This document shows, piece after piece, positions 1 through 10,315 of a stretch of 32,000 nucleotides of DNA (positions are counted from its first letter, which is position 1; each line of letters starts with the position of its first letter). Source of the DNA: Pseudoalteromonas translucida KMM 520 (GTDB lineage: Bacteria; Pseudomonadota; Gammaproteobacteria; Enterobacterales; Alteromonadaceae); assembly GCF_001465295.1 (NCBI RefSeq), contig NZ_CP011034.1, positions 750,001 through 782,000 on the forward strand. The letters run 5' to 3'. The notes under the pieces were generated by a model. That model ran no database searches. It saw only the letters and a list, made by a program, of their open reading frames with translations, and was not told where the DNA came from. Position numbers and translations under genes: made by a program.

Positions 1-1
1 T

Positions 2-529
2 GATGAAATGCCCGACTTAGTGGTCGCAGGTATAAACCACGGCGCTAATTTAGGTGACGACACTTTGTACTCAGGCACGGTAGCTGCTGCAACCGAAGGT
101 CGCCATTTAGGTTTGCCCGCTATTGCAGTGTCTTTGTGTTCGCACCATGGCGAGCATTTTGAAACGGCAGCAGCAGTAACTATAAGTATTATTAAAGGTT
201 TAGCGTCGCATCCGCTACCAAAAGATCAAATTATAAATATTAATGTACCCGACATTCCTCTAAGCGAATTAAAAGGTGTACAGGTAACGCGTTTAGGCGC
301 ACGCCACAAAGCTGAAACCATGACCAAGCAAACCGATCCTTGGGGTCGAGATATTTACTGGTACGGATCTTTAGGGACAGAAAGTGATGCCGGTGAAGGT
401 ACCGATTTTCATGCAATTAATAACGGCTATGCCTCGGTTACCCCACTGAGTGTTGATATGACCGCTAACGAGAGCATTAAAGCGGTAGGGGAGTGGTTAG
501 CTGATTTGGAGATAAACCGTGCTGGCTAA
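2..529 (+). CDS. surE: 5'/3'-nucleotidase SurE, 5'-truncated by the window edge (C-terminal ~175 aa present)
   Basis: The frame is open to the left edge. The translation ([33 protein letters not shown] ... [17 protein letters not shown]) aligns closely with the E. coli SurE core from about residue 90. The gene sits in the conserved surE-pcm context. Confidence 0.9.
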   Translation, partial: DEMPDLVVAGINHGANLGDDTLYSGTVAAATEGRHLGLPAIAVSLCSHHGEHFETAAAVTISIIKGLASHPLPKDQIININVPDIPLSELKGVQVTRLGARHKAETMTKQTDPWGRDIYWYGSLGTESDAGEGTDFHAINNGYASVTPLSVDMTANESIKAVGEWLADLEINRAG

Positions 530-1157
530 TTATACTCGCAGCGCCAAGGCGCTATCAGCGCTATTACAGCGTGAAGGTGTTGAGGATACGCAAGTACTAG
601 ATGCGATTGCACAAATACCACGACATATATTTGTGGGTGACGTGCTACAACATAAAGCGTATCAAAATACTGCGTTACCAATAGGGCAAGGGCAAACTAT
701 TTCCCAGCCTTATATTGTGGCGCGTATGACCGAACTGTTGCACTTAGCAGGTGTGCGCGACAAGGTGCTAGAAATAGGCACGGGATCGGGCTATCAAACG
801 GCAATATTGGCTAAAATATTTACCAAGGTTTACTCAGTAGAGCGTATTAAAGCATTGCAATGGCAAGCTAAGCGTCGTTTACATCAGCTCGATTTATATA
901 ATGTGGCAATGAAGCATGGCGATGGCTGGCAAGGTTGGGAGTCGCAAGCGCCGTTTAACGGCATTATAGTCACCGCAGCTGCGGCTAAAATCCCGCAAGA
1001 TCTATTAGCTCAATTAGCTGATGGTGGTGTGTTACTTGCCCCGATTGGTGAGCAAGAGCAAAAATTAACAATGGTTATTCGCAATGGCAATAACTACACA
1101 GAACACGTAATTGCGCCGGTTAGATTTGTACCGCTAGTCGCTGGTGATATTGAATAG
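519..1157 (+). CDS. pcm: Protein-L-isoaspartate O-methyltransferase
   Basis: 212 aa with a GTG start overlapping the surE stop. [23 protein letters not shown] and the SAM motif [16 protein letters not shown] are near-identical to E. coli Pcm, as is [15 protein letters not shown]. Confidence 0.93.
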   Translation: MLANYTRSAKALSALLQREGVEDTQVLDAIAQIPRHIFVGDVLQHKAYQNTALPIGQGQTISQPYIVARMTELLHLAGVRDKVLEIGTGSGYQTAILAKIFTKVYSVERIKALQWQAKRRLHQLDLYNVAMKHGDGWQGWESQAPFNGIIVTAAAAKIPQDLLAQLADGGVLLAPIGEQEQKLTMVIRNGNNYTEHVIAPVRFVPLVAGDIE

Positions 1158-1166
1158 GAATTCATT

Positions 1167-1745
1167 TTGAAGTTGTTTACTAAATTATACGATATGGCTC
1201 TAGTGTGGGCTAAGCACCGTCATGCAGAGCGTTATTTAGCTGCAATGAGCTTTGCAGAGTCTGTGTTTTTTCCAGTTCCTCCTGATGTAATGCTGGCACC
1301 AATGTCGCTTGCTCAGCCTAAAAAAGCATGGCGGTTTGCAAGTTTTGCCACTATAGCGTCTGTTGTTGGTGGCATAGTAGGTTATTTACTCGGCTTTTGG
1401 TTATTTGAACCGGTTGTTGAGCCACTTATAGTACAAATGCACTGGCAAGATAAATTTGATATTGCACTTGATTGGTTTAAAAACTATGGCGTGTGGGTGG
1501 TGTTTATAGCGGGTTTTTCGCCTATTCCTTATAAAGTATTTACTATAGGCGCAGGGGTATTACAAATGGCATTTTTGCCGTTTTTAATTGCGTCTGCAGT
1601 AGGGCGAGGCGCTCGGTTCTTTTTAGTTGCTGCACTGATGAAGTGGGGCGGTGTTAAAATGGAGCAAAAATTACGTCAATACATTGAAGTGCTTGGATGG
1701 GCAGTTGTGCTTTTAATTGCAGTTGCATACATTTTATTACGTTAA
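1167..1745 (+). CDS. YqaA/DedA-superfamily inner-membrane protein (COG1238-like)
   Basis: 192 aa with a TTG start 6 nt after AGGAA (1156-1160). The N-terminus YLAAMSFAESVFFPVPPDVMLAPM is typical of YqaA-family proteins, and there are several hydrophobic helices. The family name is from recall only. Confidence 0.7.
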   Translation: MKLFTKLYDMALVWAKHRHAERYLAAMSFAESVFFPVPPDVMLAPMSLAQPKKAWRFASFATIASVVGGIVGYLLGFWLFEPVVEPLIVQMHWQDKFDIALDWFKNYGVWVVFIAGFSPIPYKVFTIGAGVLQMAFLPFLIASAVGRGARFFLVAALMKWGGVKMEQKLRQYIEVLGWAVVLLIAVAYILLR

Positions 1746-1786
1746 GTACTATAAAATAATGTTATTAACATAAGGAGCTAAATACA

Positions 1787-2611
1787 GTGAATAAACAAAT
1801 AAAATGTTATGTTGCTTTATTTATTAGTATTTTGCTCTTTGCTTGCTCGTCTAACCATGTTCCGGCGCCTGTCAGTAGTTTAAATAATGATGTTAATAAT
1901 TACGGCAGAAAAATTAACATTAATGGCGATAAATATACTGTTCAAAAAGGCGATACACTTTATTCTATAGCATTTAGTGCAGGCCAAGATGTTAGAACCT
2001 TAGCAAAAAACAATTCAATACCAGCACCTTACACAATATTCCCCGGGCAGAGTATTTCCTTTTCTGCCATAGCAAAAAAATACAAAAAGACAAAAAAATA
2101 TACTCCTTCTATTAAAAAAGTCGCAAAAACTTCACAAAAAAATAACAATAAATCAAAGAAAGAGCTTGATAAGCCTAAACAACGAGGGTATGTTCAGAAA
2201 CAAGCCAATAAAAAAATTAGTAACTCTAAGCATTTGTCGAGTAGTAAAGTGCAGTGGTTTTGGCCAGCAAAAGGCAAAATAACACAACGCTTTTCGAACA
2301 AGGAAAATGGCTACAAAGGCTTACAGATTGCTAATAAAAAAGGGGCTGACGTTTTAGCCGCCGCACAAGGAACAGTGGTTTATGCGGGTAATGCGCTTCG
2401 AGGTTATGGTAGTTTAATTATTTTAAAACATAATGACGACTACTTGAGTGCTTATGCACACAACTCGAAACTACTTGTTAAAGAAAAACAGGAAGTTAAG
2501 GCTGGACAAAAAATAGCAGAGATAGGAAATTCAGAATCTGCGGTAACGGCACTTCGTTTTGAAATTCGCTACCGAGGACAAGCTGTAAATCCTGCTAAGT
2601 ACCTTCCCTAA
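1787..2611 (+). CDS. nlpD: Murein hydrolase activator NlpD (lipoprotein with LysM and a degenerate M23/LytM domain)
   Basis: GTG start preceded by AAGGAG (1772-1777). Signal peptide with lipobox LFAC (Cys20). LysM region [13 protein letters not shown]. The C-terminus [34 protein letters not shown]...[16 protein letters not shown] closely matches E. coli NlpD. The gene lies immediately upstream of rpoS. Confidence 0.85.
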   Translation: MNKQIKCYVALFISILLFACSSNHVPAPVSSLNNDVNNYGRKININGDKYTVQKGDTLYSIAFSAGQDVRTLAKNNSIPAPYTIFPGQSISFSAIAKKYKKTKKYTPSIKKVAKTSQKNNNKSKKELDKPKQRGYVQKQANKKISNSKHLSSSKVQWFWPAKGKITQRFSNKENGYKGLQIANKKGADVLAAAQGTVVYAGNALRGYGSLIILKHNDDYLSAYAHNSKLLVKEKQEVKAGQKIAEIGNSESAVTALRFEIRYRGQAVNPAKYLP

Positions 2612-2649
2612 TTTTTAAAGATATTGATAACTTGCTCAGGAGAAGTCTT

Positions 2650-3624
2650 ATGGCTGATGCAGCAAAAGTTGATAAAAACACCCTCGTAGATAATAAATTA
2701 GATGAAACTGCTGTTGATGATGATTCAACACCGCTGCTTGAAGCTGTGGATGATGACGTTTTTGTCAAAGAAGAAGTCACTAAAAATTTAGATGCTACTC
2801 AGCTTTATTTAGGTGAAATTGGTTTTTCTCCGTTGTTAAGCGCTGAGGAAGAGGTGTTTTTTTCTCGTAAATCTTTAAAAGGGTGCGAAGCGTCTCGCAA
2901 GCGCATGATTGAAAGTAACTTGCGCCTTGTAGTAAAAATTGCCCGTCGTTATAACAACCGAGGTTTAGCGTTACTTGATTTAATTGAAGAGGGTAATTTA
3001 GGCTTAATTCGCGCCGTAGAGAAGTTTGATCCTGAACGTGGCTTTCGATTTTCTACTTATGCAACATGGTGGATACGTCAAACGATAGAACGCGCCATTA
3101 TGAATCAAACGCGCACTATTCGCTTGCCAATACATGTAGTAAAAGAACTTAACGTATATTTACGTACCGCGCGCGAGCTAACTCAAAAATTAGACCATGA
3201 GCCAACCGCCGAAGAAATAGCAGCTTGTTTAGATAAGCCGGTTGAAGATGTCACCAAAATGCTGCGCTTGAATGAAAAAATAGCCTCGGTTGATATGCCG
3301 ATTGGCGGCGAAAACGATACCGCTTTGCTCGATATTATTGCCGATGACAACAATGTTGGCCCTGAGGGCGAAGTACAAAATAACGATATGAATAAACACA
3401 TTGTTGACTGGTTAGGAGAGCTAAATCCAAAGCAGCGTGAGGTATTAGCCCGTCGCTTTGGTTTATTAGGCTATGAGCCATCAACGCTTGAAGATGTTGG
3501 CCGCGAAATAGGGTTAACCCGTGAACGCGTTAGACAAATTCAGGTAGAAGCATTACGTCGTTTAAAAGATATTTTGCAACAAGAAGGCTTAAGTACAGAG
3601 AGTTTATTTGAGCACTTTGCGTAA
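2650..3624 (+). CDS. rpoS: RNA polymerase sigma factor RpoS (sigma-S/sigma-38)
   Basis: ATG at 2650 follows AGGAGA (2638-2643); the ORF-track TTG at 2632 is less likely. [94 protein letters not shown] and [26 protein letters not shown] are near-identical to E. coli RpoS. Confidence 0.95.
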   Translation: MADAAKVDKNTLVDNKLDETAVDDDSTPLLEAVDDDVFVKEEVTKNLDATQLYLGEIGFSPLLSAEEEVFFSRKSLKGCEASRKRMIESNLRLVVKIARRYNNRGLALLDLIEEGNLGLIRAVEKFDPERGFRFSTYATWWIRQTIERAIMNQTRTIRLPIHVVKELNVYLRTARELTQKLDHEPTAEEIAACLDKPVEDVTKMLRLNEKIASVDMPIGGENDTALLDIIADDNNVGPEGEVQNNDMNKHIVDWLGELNPKQREVLARRFGLLGYEPSTLEDVGREIGLTRERVRQIQVEALRRLKDILQQEGLSTESLFEHFA

Positions 3625-3651
3625 GTTTTAATAAAGTACCATGTTATGTGT

Positions 3652-3688
3652 AAAAAAGCTGAAGGTTTTATTCTTCAGCTTTTTTTTG
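3652..3688. terminator. Bidirectional rho-independent terminator shared by convergent rpoS and mutS
   Basis: AAAAAAGCTGAAG (3652-3664), an 8-nt loop, then CTTCAGCTTTTTT (3673-3685). It is flanked by an A-run and a T-run, so it reads as stem plus U-tract on both strands. Confidence 0.7.
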
Positions 3689-3696
3689 TTTGTAAA

Positions 3697-6282
3697 TTAA
3701 AGAAGTGCTTTTAATTTATAGAGTAAATCGTGAGCTTGGCGCGGTGATAAGTTATCAGGATCGATAGCCGTTAACTGCAATTCTACTTCAGAAGGGCTAA
3801 TTTGTTGGGCTTCATTATTAAAGGTAAATGCTTGCTGCTCAATATTAGGCGCAGTGACACTTTGGTGATTTTCGAGTAATTTAAGCTTTTGTTTTGCCTG
3901 ATTTATTACAGACTTGGGTACGCCAGCAAGTGCAGCAACTTGTAAGCCAAAACTTTTACTTGCTGCGCCATCAAGTACCGTGTGCATAAAGGCAATGGTG
4001 TCGTTATGCTCTATGGCATCAAGGTGCACATTTACTAGCCCAGGCGTTTGCTCTGCAAGCTCGGTTAGCTCAAAGTAGTGGGTGGCAAACAAGGTTTTTG
4101 CTGATATTTTTGACGCTAAATGATCGGCAGTAGCATACGCAAGCGAAAGCCCATCGTAAGTACTGGTTCCGCGGCCAATTTCATCCATTAATACCAAAGA
4201 TTGCGCTGTGGCATTATTTAAAATCGTAGCGGTTTCGGTCATTTCTACCATAAAGGTAGAGCGGCCAGAGGCGAGATCGTCACTTGCGCCAATACGAGTA
4301 AATATACGGTCAATATTGCCTATTTTAGCGCTGTCTGCGGGTACGTAACTGCCAATATGAGCCATTAGTACTATAAGTGCAGTTTGGCGCATATAGGTTG
4401 ATTTACCACCCATGTTTGGCCCGGTAATTATTAACATTTTACGTTGTGCATTTAGCTCTACTGGGTTGGCAATAAAGGGTTCTTTCATTACTTGCTCAAC
4501 TACAGGATGACGACCTTGTTTAATGCTTATGTTGTCGTTATCGCAAAGTATTGGCTTAGCGTAGTTAAGTGTAAGTGCACGCTCTGCTAAGTTATTTAGC
4601 ACATCTAAGTCGGCAAGGGCGGCTGCCATTATTTGTAATTGCTCAATATGCGGCGCAATAAATCTAAATAGCTCTTCGTAAAGCTGCTTTTCCAGTGCTA
4701 ATGCTTTTGACTGGCTGCCAAGTACTTTGTCTTCGTGCTCTTTTAGCTCAGGAATAATGTAGCGTTCATTATTTTTAAGTGTTTGGCGGCGAATATAATC
4801 GGCAGGTACTAAATGCGCATTGGCGCGACTTACTTCAATAAAAAAGCCGTGTACTCGGTTATAACCAATTTTAAGGGTGCTAATTCCTGTACGTGCACGC
4901 TCTCGTAACTCTAACTGATCAAGCACATCGGTTGCGCCTTTGCTTAAGTTACGCCATTCATCAAGCTCGCTGTTATAACCTGGGGCAATTACCCCGCCGT
5001 CGCGAATAAGTACCGGCGGGTTTTCGATTACTGCACGCTCTAATAGCGCTTGTAAATCAGGTAGCTCAGGCGATTGCTTAATAATGCTGGCTATGCGCGG
5101 ATCGCTGGCATCGTTTAATAAAGTATGCAGCGGTGCAAGTGCTTGTAAGGCGCTGCGCAGGCGAGTTAAATCGCGAGGACGAGCAGTGCACAAAGCAAGG
5201 CGGGCAATAACACGTTCTACGTCGCCAATTTCTCTTAATGATTCGTGTAGCTCACCACAAAGCTGTACCTCTAAAATTGCGCTAATCGCGTTTAGCCGCG
5301 AGTTTAGCTCGTCTTTATTACGCACTGGGGTATGAATACGGCGCTTAAGTAAACGAGATCCCATAGGGGTTGCTGTTTTATCAAGTACTTGCGCTAGCGT
5401 ATTTTCAAACCCACCCGATAAATTAACGGTCAGCTCTAAATTTTTACGAGTAGCAGCATCTAAAATAACGGCATGCTCGTTGTGCTCAAGAGTAATGGCA
5501 CGAATATGGGGTAATGCAATACGTTGGGTGTCTTTAACGTATTGCATTAAGCAACCTGCGGCAACTAAGGCGCTGTGGGCTTTATCAACGCCAAAACCGA
5601 CTAAATCTTTTGTGCCAAATTGCTCACACAATAAATGCTGAGCGGTGTCTAAATCAAACTCCCATTCAGGGCGGCGGCGCGCACCTTTAATGTGCTCAAT
5701 TAAATGAACATTTTCGAAGCTTTCGCTATACAGTAATTCCGCAGGGGCGAGGCGTTGGATAGTTGAAGTAAATGCTTCGTCGGTATTAACTTCTACAACA
5801 TTAAAGCGACCCGAGTTAATATCAAGATATGCAATGCCATAAGTTCCTTTTTTACTCTGCCATACGCTGGTAAGTAAGTTGTCTTGGCGCTCTTGCAGCA
5901 AGGCTTCATCAGAAATTGTACCCGGGGTGACAATACGCACCACTTTGCGATCAACAGGCCCTTTACTGGTAGCCGGATCGCCCACTTGTTCGCAAATAGC
6001 AACAGATTCGCCCATTTGCACCAAACGGGCTAAATAGTTTTCTACGGCATGATAAGGTACACCGGCCATAGGAATAGGATCGCCACCGGCTTTACCGCGC
6101 TGAGTTTGCGAAATATCGAGTAATTGAGCGGCGCGCTTTGCGTCATCAAAAAAGAGTTCATAAAAATCCCCCATCCGATAAAACAATAAAATATCGCGAT
6201 GCTCTGATTTTATTTTTAGATACTGCTGCATCATAGGGGTTTGTTGTTTTATAGTGTGTGGAGCATAAAGATCAAACGACAT
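3697..6282 (-). CDS. mutS: DNA mismatch repair protein MutS
   Basis: [46 protein letters not shown]...[20 protein letters not shown], the Walker A motif [15 protein letters not shown] and [16 protein letters not shown] match E. coli MutS. I place the start at ATG 6282 (MSFDLYAPH...) rather than the ORF-track TTG at 6294. Confidence 0.95.
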   Translation of the reverse strand: MSFDLYAPHTIKQQTPMMQQYLKIKSEHRDILLFYRMGDFYELFFDDAKRAAQLLDISQTQRGKAGGDPIPMAGVPYHAVENYLARLVQMGESVAICEQVGDPATSKGPVDRKVVRIVTPGTISDEALLQERQDNLLTSVWQSKKGTYGIAYLDINSGRFNVVEVNTDEAFTSTIQRLAPAELLYSESFENVHLIEHIKGARRRPEWEFDLDTAQHLLCEQFGTKDLVGFGVDKAHSALVAAGCLMQYVKDTQRIALPHIRAITLEHNEHAVILDAATRKNLELTVNLSGGFENTLAQVLDKTATPMGSRLLKRRIHTPVRNKDELNSRLNAISAILEVQLCGELHESLREIGDVERVIARLALCTARPRDLTRLRSALQALAPLHTLLNDASDPRIASIIKQSPELPDLQALLERAVIENPPVLIRDGGVIAPGYNSELDEWRNLSKGATDVLDQLELRERARTGISTLKIGYNRVHGFFIEVSRANAHLVPADYIRRQTLKNNERYIIPELKEHEDKVLGSQSKALALEKQLYEELFRFIAPHIEQLQIMAAALADLDVLNNLAERALTLNYAKPILCDNDNISIKQGRHPVVEQVMKEPFIANPVELNAQRKMLIITGPNMGGKSTYMRQTALIVLMAHIGSYVPADSAKIGNIDRIFTRIGASDDLASGRSTFMVEMTETATILNNATAQSLVLMDEIGRGTSTYDGLSLAYATADHLASKISAKTLFATHYFELTELAEQTPGLVNVHLDAIEHNDTIAFMHTVLDGAASKSFGLQVAALAGVPKSVINQAKQKLKLLENHQSVTAPNIEQQAFTFNNEAQQISPSEVELQLTAIDPDNLSPRQAHDLLYKLKALL

Positions 6283-6303
6283 GTATTTACCCAAAGGCTG
6301 AAT

Positions 6304-6792
6304 ATGGAATTACATCAAGAGATTAAAACACTTGCTGCGCAATTAGGCGCTATTTTAACGGATAAATGCTTATGGATCACTACTGCTGAGTCATGTACTG
6401 GTGGCGGGGTAAGTTATGCACTTACCGACACCCCTGGAAGCTCTGCCTATATTGACCGTGCATTTGTAACTTACAGTAACCAAGCAAAGCAAGATTTACT
6501 AAATGTAAGTGCCGCCACATTAACGCAATATGGGGCGGTAAGCGAGCAAACGGTGCGTGAGATGGCTTTAGGCGCAATTGCAGTAACTAATGCCGATATT
6601 GCGATTACTGTATCGGGTATTGCAGGCCCAGGAGGAGCAACCCCAGATAAGCCGGTAGGCTTAGTATGGTTTGGGCTACACATTAACGACAAACAGCTGG
6701 CATTTAAGCAAGTATTTACCGGCGATAGAGCACAGGTTAGACTGCAAGCTATTGTATTTTCTTTAAAAACTATAATAGAGCAGATAAAATAA
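6304..6792 (+). CDS. pncC: CinA-C-terminal-domain protein / nicotinamide-nucleotide amidohydrolase PncC
   Basis: 162 aa from ATG 6304. [42 protein letters not shown]...[23 protein letters not shown] is the CinA/PncC signature. It holds the conserved position directly upstream of recA, as ygaD/pncC does in E. coli. Confidence 0.8.
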   Translation: MELHQEIKTLAAQLGAILTDKCLWITTAESCTGGGVSYALTDTPGSSAYIDRAFVTYSNQAKQDLLNVSAATLTQYGAVSEQTVREMALGAIAVTNADIAITVSGIAGPGGATPDKPVGLVWFGLHINDKQLAFKQVFTGDRAQVRLQAIVFSLKTIIEQIK

Positions 6793-6802
6793 TAAAATTA
6801 AC

Positions 6803-6830
6803 TTGATACTGTGATTTCATACAGTATACT
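6803..6830 (+). promoter_or_regulatory. recA sigma-70 promoter (-35 TTGATA, 16-bp spacer, -10 TATACT)
   Basis: TTGATA at 6803-6808 and TATACT at 6825-6830, about 30 bp upstream of the recA start. The architecture matches the E. coli recA promoter, with the operator between the hexamers. Confidence 0.6.
6807..6826 (+). promoter_or_regulatory. LexA operator (SOS box) of recA
   Basis: TACTGTGATTTCATACAGTA fits the gammaproteobacterial consensus TACTG-(TA)5-CAGTA, with both the CTGT and ACAG arms perfect. Confidence 0.85.
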
Positions 6831-6859
6831 TGTCGCATTAGCTGGATTTGGAGAGTAAA

Positions 6860-7903
6860 ATGAACGATAACAAACAAAAAGCGTTGGACGCGGCTTTATC
6901 ACAAATTGAACGTCAATTTGGTAAAGGCTCAATTATGAAATTGGGTGATAACAAAGCGTTAAACATTGAATCTGTATCTACAGGCTCATTAGGTATCGAT
7001 ATTGCCTTAGGCATAGGTGGCTTACCTATGGGGCGTATTGTAGAAGTATATGGCCCTGAGTCGTCTGGTAAAACAACGCTTACTTTGCAAGTTATAGCTG
7101 AAGCACAAAAAGAAGGCAAAACATGTGCCTTTATTGATGCTGAGCATGCTCTTGATCCAGTTTATGCACAAAAGCTTGGTGTAAACATAGATGAGCTTTT
7201 TGTATCGCAACCAGATACTGGTGAGCAAGCACTCGAAATTTGTGACATGTTAGTACGCTCAAGCGCGGTTGACGTAGTTGTTATTGACTCGGTTGCAGCA
7301 CTTACACCAAAAGCTGAAATTGAAGGCGACATGGGCGATTCGCACATGGGCTTACAAGCACGTTTAATGTCGCAAGCATTACGTAAGCTAACAGGTAATA
7401 TTAAACGCTCGAACACCTTATGTATTTTCATTAACCAAATCCGTATGAAAATTGGTGTAATGTTTGGTAACCCAGAAACAACAACTGGCGGTAACGCACT
7501 TAAGTTTTACGCATCGGTACGTATTGATATTCGTCGTATTGGTTCGGTAAAAGAAGGCGACGAGGTTGTTGGTAACGAAACCCGGGTTAAAATTGTTAAA
7601 AACAAAGTAGCACCGCCATTTAAGCAAGCCGAATTTATCATTATGTATGGTGAAGGTATTTCTAAACAAGGCGAGCTAATTGACTTAGGTGTTAAGCATA
7701 AAATTGTTGAAAAAGCAGGTGCTTGGTATAGTTACTGTGGTAACAAAGTTGGCCAAGGTAAGTCTAATTCAATTAAGTTTTTAAAAGAAAACCCAGAAAT
7801 TGCAGACGAAATTGAAGGCAAGTTACGCGACATGCTTTTACTAAAAGCAACTATTGAACCAGACGATGGTGAAGATAAGTTAGGCGATGAAGCTGACCTT
7901 TAA
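6860..7903 (+). CDS. recA: Recombinase RecA
   Basis: ATG 6860 follows GGAGAG (6850-6855). [26 protein letters not shown], the Walker A motif [17 protein letters not shown] and [32 protein letters not shown] are near-identical to E. coli RecA. Confidence 0.97.
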   Translation: MNDNKQKALDAALSQIERQFGKGSIMKLGDNKALNIESVSTGSLGIDIALGIGGLPMGRIVEVYGPESSGKTTLTLQVIAEAQKEGKTCAFIDAEHALDPVYAQKLGVNIDELFVSQPDTGEQALEICDMLVRSSAVDVVVIDSVAALTPKAEIEGDMGDSHMGLQARLMSQALRKLTGNIKRSNTLCIFINQIRMKIGVMFGNPETTTGGNALKFYASVRIDIRRIGSVKEGDEVVGNETRVKIVKNKVAPPFKQAEFIIMYGEGISKQGELIDLGVKHKIVEKAGAWYSYCGNKVGQGKSNSIKFLKENPEIADEIEGKLRDMLLLKATIEPDDGEDKLGDEADL

Positions 7904-7948
7904 GCAATATTAAATAATTTAAGCTTGATTTGACCCGAGCTTTAAAGC

Positions 7949-7983
7949 AGCGCTAACCAGTAATGGTTAGCGCTTTTTTTTGG
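7949..7983 (+). terminator. Rho-independent terminator after recA
   Basis: AGCGCTAACC (7949-7958), loop AGTAAT, GGTTAGCGCT (7965-7974), then a T9 run. The convergent receptor gene ends 8 bp further on, but on the minus strand the stem lacks a clean U-tract. Confidence 0.75.
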
Positions 7984-7990
7984 TTTAAAT

Positions 7991-10111
7991 TTACAACTGC
8001 CAATTTACAGATAGAGCGTAGTTACGCGGTGCACCGTAGTAACCTTGAGCCCAATACAAGCTGTGTAAGTATTTTTCACCTGTGGTGTTATTAATATTAA
8101 AAGTAACGCCTATATTTTCACTCAATTTATAAGTTGCCATTAAATCAAGTAATCCGTAGGCATTTTGCTTTGTAGTCACGCTTGCGATTTTGTTAGCATC
8201 TTTGATTTGGACTCGGCTTGTTGAATCTTGCCAGCGATAATTTGCACCAAACGATAAACCATCAATGAAAGGAACTTGGTAGATTGCTGCAACCTTGAGT
8301 TGATTCTCTGGGGTGTAATCTTTTACTGTGTCATCGCCATCAATGCTTAAATTACTAAAGCTAATGCTTGCACTCAAGTCATCTGTAAACTTACCGCTTA
8401 GCTCTACTTCAAAACCATTACTGTTAATACCATCTGCTGCGTAGTAACGAGTATCGTCGGGTAATGAGTTAGGTATAGCGATAGCAAGGCCATCTTGTTT
8501 TGTATCAAAATAAGCAAGTGTTACAAAAACTTGCTCGTCTAAAAGTTGGGCTTTAACACCTAGTTCGCTACTTTTACCAGTAATAGGCGCCAGTTGGTTG
8601 GCATTTATATCAAGCTCCTTTTGCGGCACAAATGTTTCTGTGTAGCTTGCATAAGCCGATAAAGACTCGTTAAAGTCATACACAGTGCCAATGTAGGGTA
8701 TTAGCTGTGAGTCACTTTGTGTTTGCGCAACGCCATAAGCTGTGCCTGTTGTTTTCCAATCAGTATAGCGTACGCCAGCTAGTAGGCTTAAAGGTTCGCT
8801 TAATTTGATACGAGTTGAAATATAAGCAGATTTTTGCTCATTAGTTATATTGCTACCATTTACACTGTCTGTAAGTGTTGCTTGTGGTATTACCCCATCC
8901 CACGTTTTAAGTGACGGCATTGCCGGAAAACCATTCCCTGTGGTGTAATCGTAAAGGGATTGCTCGTTGTAATCCATTTTTGCTTGGCTAACACCCAATG
9001 ACAAGTCGTGTTCTTGGCCAAATAAATCAAATTTACCACTCGCATATAGATCAAATAAATCGTGCTTATCGTTATAATCATAACGGCTTGCGTAACCGGT
9101 TAAACCAAGTTCAGTGTCTTTATCAGGGGTACCGTATACATAAAATAATTCAGAGTCTTGCTCGTTTTCAACATGAGCGTAACGCGCTTTAGCAACCCAT
9201 GTTGCAGATAAATTTTGTTCAATCGTTACATATACTTGCTCGGCACTGTTATCCCAGTAAGACCAGTCAGCGGCGGTGCTCGTTGATTCGTCATAGTCTG
9301 TGGGTGTGCCATCGGTATAATAAAGTGGTAGTGCCCCCCAAAGTGGGCTATCGGCATCTTTTTGTTGATTAACGTAGTTAACACTTAGCAGGGTGTTATC
9401 GGTTAACTTTCCCTCGTAGGCTAAATAAATAACGGTTTTATCTGTTTCGTAGCGATCTAGATATGAGTCGGCTTTTTGTTTGGTAAATACAGCTCTAACA
9501 GCATGCTCTTCATTAATAGGCGTTGATACATCTAAATCTAAGCGTTTTTTATTCCATGAACCGTACGAAACAGATGCATTAGCTTGGGTTATATAAGTTG
9601 GTTTTTTTAGCACCATGTTTACAGTAGCAGAAGGATTACCTGCACCTGTCATTAAACCATTCGCGCCACGAACTATTTCTACTCGGTCGTAAATTGAGGT
9701 ATCAAGGCTGCCTTGAATTGACCCCGAGCTTTGTGGAATACCTAAACCATTAACTTGAAAATTTGTGATGTCAAAGCCACGGGCTTTAAAATAAGTACGA
9801 TCGGTTTCTATTTGCTCTACCGTTACACCCGGTGTGCTTTCTAGTACTGCGTTTATATCATCGAGTGAAAAATCATCCATTAAAGCGCGAGAAACAACTG
9901 AAATAGACTGCGGAGTTTCTTTTATGGTTAAACCTAGTTTGGTTGCCGATTGTGCTTCTTCGGTAATATAGTTTTTATGATGTTGACCATACACAGCAAT
10001 TTTTTCAATTTGCTGCTGGTTTTTATCGTTTTTTGCAAATGCATGCCCAGATAAAATTAAAGAGGTAATAAGGCTTAGTTTAGATAAACGCAAAACTTTA
10101 GAGGACGACAT
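7991..10111 (-). CDS. TonB-dependent outer-membrane siderophore receptor (FhuE/TIGR01783-like)
   Basis: Signal peptide ending HAFA. Plug region KETPQSISVVSRALMDDFSLDDINAVLESTPGVTVEQIETDRTYFKARGF is typical of siderophore TBDRs, and a long beta-barrel follows. The start is set at ATG 10111 (MSSSKVLRL...) rather than the TTG at 10132. The substrate is unknown. Confidence 0.85.
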   Translation of the reverse strand: MSSSKVLRLSKLSLITSLILSGHAFAKNDKNQQQIEKIAVYGQHHKNYITEEAQSATKLGLTIKETPQSISVVSRALMDDFSLDDINAVLESTPGVTVEQIETDRTYFKARGFDITNFQVNGLGIPQSSGSIQGSLDTSIYDRVEIVRGANGLMTGAGNPSATVNMVLKKPTYITQANASVSYGSWNKKRLDLDVSTPINEEHAVRAVFTKQKADSYLDRYETDKTVIYLAYEGKLTDNTLLSVNYVNQQKDADSPLWGALPLYYTDGTPTDYDESTSTAADWSYWDNSAEQVYVTIEQNLSATWVAKARYAHVENEQDSELFYVYGTPDKDTELGLTGYASRYDYNDKHDLFDLYASGKFDLFGQEHDLSLGVSQAKMDYNEQSLYDYTTGNGFPAMPSLKTWDGVIPQATLTDSVNGSNITNEQKSAYISTRIKLSEPLSLLAGVRYTDWKTTGTAYGVAQTQSDSQLIPYIGTVYDFNESLSAYASYTETFVPQKELDINANQLAPITGKSSELGVKAQLLDEQVFVTLAYFDTKQDGLAIAIPNSLPDDTRYYAADGINSNGFEVELSGKFTDDLSASISFSNLSIDGDDTVKDYTPENQLKVAAIYQVPFIDGLSFGANYRWQDSTSRVQIKDANKIASVTTKQNAYGLLDLMATYKLSENIGVTFNINNTTGEKYLHSLYWAQGYYGAPRNYALSVNWQL

Positions 10112-10153
10112 GGTGTTTTCCAAAAGGTTCAAAAATAAAGCGCTTAACTTAAT

Positions 10154-10172
10154 CTAAATGATAGTGATTTGC
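10154..10172 (-). promoter_or_regulatory. Candidate Fur box upstream of the TonB-dependent receptor
   Basis: CTAAATGATAGTGATTTGC matches 12 of 19 positions of GATAATGATAATCATTATC by my hand alignment. It abuts the perfect palindrome TGCAATTGCA (10170-10179) and lies 40-60 bp upstream of the start codon. Confidence 0.3.
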
Positions 10173-10270
10173 AATTGCATTGTGGATTTTATTTATAACT
10201 ATTTATACTATAGGGATTAATAAAGAGTGATGAAGTTGATAAAACAGATGAGACTTATAAATTAATTAAC

Positions 10271-10295
10271 AAAAAAAAGCGGCCAAGGCCGCTCA
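10271..10295 (-). terminator. Rho-independent terminator after the porin gene
   Basis: On the minus strand, GAGCGGCC..GGCCGC forms a GC-rich stem followed by T8 (the A8 at 10271-10278 on the plus strand). It lies 20 bp after the porin stop. Confidence 0.55.
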
Positions 10296-10315
10296 AGGAA
10301 GTAAACTATGTACGC

